This document shows positions 55,376-64,000 of a stretch of DNA of 64,000 nt, in pieces. This stretch comes from the human T2T-CHM13v2.0 reference genome, Homo sapiens, in assembly GCF_009914755.1 (NCBI RefSeq), contig NC_060932.1; one strand, 5' to 3'. Both the position numbers and the translations under genes were made by a program. Position 1 is the first letter of the stretch. Each line of letters starts with the position of its first letter. The notes under the pieces were generated by a model. It made no database searches. It was given only the letters and a program-made list of their open reading frames with translations, and was not told the origin of the DNA.

Positions 55376-56839
55376 CCTCTCCTTGCCATCAATCAAAACA
55401 ATTATGTCATGAACTTTGTCTGGTCCCAATCAGGCCACCATATTGAAAGACCTGCCTTAGACCAGACCCCTAAAAACCTAATAAACATATGACTTTCATT
55501 GTTCTTCCTCTGAAATGGTTGTCTCTCTTACTGCTTTGCTTTATCAAAGGTGTCTTTTAGTGTCTTTTCAGGGAATCCACAGTTGATGGATTTTTGTTCC
55601 TTTTTAGAAAATACAGAGGCCAAGTAGAACTAAAATAATTTATATTTCCCTCTATCATTTTAACTTTAAATCCTCCAATAATGGGCCTATTTGTTCTCTT
55701 TTTTGTTCCAAACATAGCAAATAATCTTTTTTAGTTTTCTTTAGCACTTTTTCCCTAATCATAGCACATTTTGAACTTTTTAATCTTCCATACGTTGTTT
55801 CTTCTTTCACCTCTAAACCTCCGTATCTTCACCTTTCAATGAGAGTGAATGTCTCCTGCTCCACAGGAAAATGGGGAGATTAAGTGAGATAATGTTTGTG
55901 AATACATTTTGCTGTCCAAATATCAAGGACAGAGTCTTCCTTCATTTTCTCATAGTTTTTTGCATTTATCTCTATTTTAGTCTCTACATATGGCTCTCTC
56001 TTTCACTCTAAACTCTGAAACAGTAGGAATTTCCATCTTTTTATCTATCTCAAAATTTTGCCCAGGGTGTATCCAAAGTTGGTTCTCTGTAACACAGGAG
56101 GGAGAGGAGGAAGGCCAGACTGGGTAAAAGTGTGCAGGTAGCCAAAAGGGTAAACAGACAGACAAGTGTCCAAGCTCTGACAATGCAAACCCGACAGCAA
56201 GTGGGCAGGTGCTGAACCAAAGTTAAAGCTAAAGTTCCAGTCCCCCATGCAGAGGCAAGAGTCACTAATTGACGGTTGTTTAAGGGATACCTTTGTCACT
56301 GTTGGATCTGACTTTCTGGTCAGGAATACCCTTGTCTTAAAGGGGCCAAGTCCCCACACAGAGCAGATATGTTTCTGAATTGCTCTACCATGGACATGGT
56401 CCATATTTCATTTTACAGCTCCCTTCCCCTCTTGAATGCTATTTCTTTCTATGGTCTGTGGCTACAGAAACCATTATGTAAACTCTTAAAAATTCTCTTT
56501 TCAACCTTACTACCAGGATAGGCACTTTCCAACATTTTTTCCCTTTACCATTAGGAACCCCAAGAAAACCAAGTCACTTCCTGAGAATGTCTCACAATAG
56601 GTGGCTGGAAAAGAAATCAGACTTATCCATGGCCTCTGTGGAGCAAACTGACTGTGTCTAACAAGTATTTAATGGACAGATGTCTACATAATAAGTCTGA
56701 ATCTCATCACTCATCCAGAGGACACTCACTCCAGCTAGTGTTCAAAATTCTCTGAACAGGAAAAGCTTCTGCTTTTTTTCCTAAAGGGGACTATAGCATC
56801 CTCAGATCACAAGAGCAAATTCATATAATCCAAGTAAGT

Positions 56840-57280
56840 ATTGCGGTCCAAATGAAATGCTGATGTCTCCACACATTCATATGTTGAAATCCTAACCCCC
56901 AAGATGATGGTAGTAAGAGGTGGGGAGGAGGAGACTAGGTCATGAGAGTAGAGTCCTTATGAATGGAATGAGTGCCCTTATAAAAGAAGCCTGAGAGAGA
57001 TCTCTTACCCCTTCCACCATGTGAGGATACAGTGAGAAGACACCAACTGTGAACCAGGAAATGGGCCCTCACCAGAAAATATAGAGGACAAGTAGGACTA
57101 TAATCATTTCTATTTCCCTCTATCATTTTAACTCTGGGAGGCCAACTGGCTCCCAAATCTGTCAGTGCTTTGTTCTTGGACTCCTCAGCCTCCAGAACTG
57201 TAAGAAATAAATTTCTATAATTCATAAGCTACCCAGTCTACAGAATTTTGTTACAGAAGCCCAAACAGCCTAAGACACCA
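56840..57280 (+). mobile_element. MaLR LTR (MLT1A-like) with a foreign insert at ~57074-57153
   Basis: cattcatatgttgaaatcctaacccc...gggccctcaccaga [insert] caaatctgtcagtgctttgttcttggactcc...aataaatttct. Confidence 0.85.
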
Positions 57281-57700
57281 AGGATGCACATATTTTCACA
57301 GTAGTGCCAGTTTTCTCTTGGCTGATGCCCTCTAACTTTTATTTTTTCAGCACAGTAAATGGCAATAAGACTACATCATTTAAAAAGGGGAAGGAGGAGT
57401 TTGTTTTTGTTGTGGGTGGTTTTTTTACTACCAGACACAGAGAAATGTATTACACAGAATTTGCCTTAAGTTATTTTCAGTTGGAATACTTATTTAACTA
57501 TATTATTTTGAAAGCTGAAATCTAGCAGCAAAAATTAATTATATCTATTTCATATATATGAATTTTATAATTTTATATATAATGAATATGTATTTTATAT
57601 ATACACAATTTTACATATATGAACTTTATAATTTATATATATATATGAATAAACACACACCTATCTAAGCTCCTTAAAACACTGTTCTAAAACTTCTAAT

Positions 57701-57899
57701 CAAGGATTACAAACTCCAATGCCTCTAAGAATAAGACAGGTAAAAAGCTAAACAATAGGAGTAGTGAAGACTACGGCAAACCTGAGAGTTCATGCCCTGC
57801 CTAAAAACATCCAAATGTATTTTTTAATAATAGTCTCTTTGCTAATTAAAGCTATCTGTGGGCCAAATTCAACTCTGGGGCCCCCGTTTGTGATCTCTG
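57701..57899. mobile_element. hAT-type MER (MER103-like) remnant
   Basis: caaggattacaaactc...gcaaacctgagagttcatgccc...cgtttgtgatctctg termini. Confidence 0.5.
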
Positions 57900-58040
57900 C
57901 AAAAACTTCTGTTAAAACTCCAATATATGGATGGGGTTCCAAGATGGCCGAAAAGGAACAGCTCCAGTCTACAGTTTCCAGTGTGAGCAACTCAGGAGAC
58001 AGGTGATTTCCGCATTTCCAACTGAGGTACCGGGTTCATC

Positions 58041-58367
58041 TCACTGGGGCTTGTCAGACAGTGGGTGCAGCCCATGGAGCATGAGCCGAAGCAGGGCGAG
58101 GCATTGCCTCATCCAGGAAACACAAGGGGTCAGGGAATTCCCTTTCCTAGGCAAGGGAAGCCTTGAAAGACAGTACCTGGAAAATCGGGACACTCCCACC
58201 CTAATACTGCACTTTTTCAATGGTCTTAGCACACAGCACACCAGGAGATTACATCCTGTGCCTGGCTCGGAGGGTCCCACACCCATGGAGCCTTGCTCAC
58301 TACTAGCACAGCAGACTGAGACTGAACTGCAAGGTGGCGGCAAGGCTGGGGGAGGGGCATCTGCCAT
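58041..58367 (-). CDS. L1 ORF0-like antisense ORF (108 aa)
   Basis: MADAPPPALPPPCSSVSVCCASSEQGSMGVGPSEPG...IRVGVSRFSR resembles ORF0 (MAGAPPPASLPPCSLISDCCAS...); gcaATGg context; no internal stop. Confidence 0.5.
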   Translation of the reverse strand: MADAPPPALPPPCSSVSVCCASSEQGSMGVGPSEPGTGCNLLVCCVLRPLKKCSIRVGVSRFSRYCLSRLPLPRKGNSLTPCVSWMRQCLALLRLMLHGLHPLSDKPQ

Positions 58368-58941
58368 TGCTGAGGCTTGAGTAGATAAACAAAGCAGCCA
58401 GGAAGCTAAACTGGGTGGAGTCCACCACAGCTCAAGGAGGCCTGCCTGCCTCTGTAGACTCCACTTCTGGAGGCGGGGCATAGCTGAACAAAAGGCAGCA
58501 GAAACTTCTGCAGACTTAAACGTCCCTGTCTGACAGCTTTGAAGACAGTGGTGGTTCTCCCAGCACAGAGTTTGAGATCTGAGAACGGAAAGACTGCCTT
58601 CTCAAGTGGGTCCCTGACCCCGGAGTAGCCTTGTTGGGAGGCACCTACCAGTAGGGGCTGACTGACACCTCCTGCGTCCGGGTGCCGCTCTGAGACGAAG
58701 CTTCCAGAGGAAGGATCAGGCAGCAACATTTGCTGTTCTGCAATATTTGTGGTTCTGCAGCCTCCACTGGTGATACCCAGGCAAACAGCGTCTGGAGTGG
58801 ACCTCCAGCAAACTCCAACAGATCTGCAGCTGAGGATCCTGACTGTTAGAAGGAAAACTAACAAACAGAAAAGACATCCACACCAAAACTCTACCTGTAT
58901 GTCACCATCATCAAAGACCAAAGGTAGATAAAACCACAAAG

Positions 58942-59957
58942 ATGGGGAGAAACCAAAGCAGAGAAGCTGAAAATTCTAAAAATCAGAGTGCCTCTTCTTC
59001 TCCAAAGGAACGCAGCTCCTCACCAGCAATGGAACAAAGCTGGATAGAGAATGACTTTGACGAAGAAGGCTTCAGTCAATCAGTAATAGCAAACTTCTCC
59101 GAGCTAAAGGAGGATGTTCGAACCCATCACAAAGAAGCTAAAAACCTTGAAAAAAGATTAGATGAATGGCTATCTAGAATAAACAGCATAGAGAAGACCT
59201 TAAATGACCTGATGGAGCTGAAAACCATGGCACGAGAACTACGTGATGCATGCACAAGCTTCAGTAGCCGATTCAATCAAGTGGAAGAAAGGGTATGAGT
59301 GATTGAAGATCACATGAATGAAATGAAGTGAGAAGAGAAGTTTAGAGAAAAAGGAGTAAAAAGAAATGAACAAATCATCCAAAAAATATGGGACTATGTG
59401 AAAAGACCAAATCTACGTCTGACTGGTATACCTGAAAGTGATGGGGAGAATGGAACCAAGTTGGAAAACATTCTTTAGGATATTATCAGGAGAACTTCCC
59501 CAACCTAGCAAGGCAGGTCAACATTCAAATTCAGGAAATACAGAGAACACCACAAAGATACTACTCGAGAAGAGAAACTCCAAGACACATAAATGTCAGA
59601 TTCACCAAAGTTGAAATGAAGGAAAAAATGTTAAGGGCAGCCAGAGAGAAAGGTCGGGTTACCCACAAAGGGAAGCCCATCAGACTAACAGCTGATCTCT
59701 CGGCAGAAACTCTACAAGCCAGAAGAGAGTGGGGGCCAATATTCAACGTTCTTAAAGAAAAGAATTTTCAACCCAGAATTTCATATCCAGCCAAACTAAG
59801 CTTCATAAATGAAGGAGAAATAAAATCCTTTACAGACAAGCAAATGCTGAGGGATTTTGTCACCACCAGGCCTGCCTTACAAGAACTCCTGAAGGAAGCA
59901 CTAAACATGGAAAGGAACAACCCGTACCAGACACTCCAAAAACATGCCAAATTGTAA
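58942..59957 (+). pseudogene. L1 ORF1p, disrupted
   Basis: MGRNQSREAENSK start; stops at 59296 and 59476; C-terminal 113 aa identical to L1-A. Confidence 0.95.
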
Positions 59958-60020
59958 AGACCATCGATGCTAGGAAGAAACTGCATCAACTAATAAGCAA
60001 AATAACCAGCTAACGTCATA

Positions 60021-63845
<3,825 letters not shown>

Positions 63846-64000
63846 ACAACGAGAACACTTGGACCCAGGATGGGGAACAGCACACACCAGGGCCTGTCGT
63901 GGGATGGGGGAAGTCAGGAGGGACAGCATTAGGAGATATACCTAATGTAAATGACAAGTTAATGGGTGCAGCACACCAACATGGCACATGTATACATATG

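Noticed and set aside
57530-57660. AT-rich degenerate repeat
   Set aside because: Low-complexity (TA)-derived sequence

Overview
Primate (probably human) non-coding euchromatin, intronic or intergenic, dominated by interspersed repeats: Alu, L1, L2, MIR, MaLR/ERVL LTRs and hAT/Tigger DNA transposons. I recognise no host protein-coding gene; the long ORFs are L1 ORF0/ORF1/ORF2 remnants or Alu-derived frames. Subfamily names come from recalled consensus sequences, not a RepeatMasker run. The main signal is three same-orientation L1PA4/5-type elements (40999-46553, 54420-55375, 57929->64000). They sit at separate insertion sites, yet share private mutations, including nonsense codons and a frameshift. 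The two long copies also share a 633-bp tract that is identical by eye, which suggests repeated local gene conversion between dead L1s and a substrate for a ~16.9-kb deletion or duplication. Other notable items are a 29-bp-stem hairpin formed by an inverted duplication inside an old L1, two short local templated copies (46 and 60 bp, donors 1.3-1.5 kb away), a polyadenylated MER21-like fragment retroposed with a 16-bp TSD, a tailless 5S rRNA retropseudogene, an open ORF0-like frame, and several repeat-free candidate enhancer or exon blocks.
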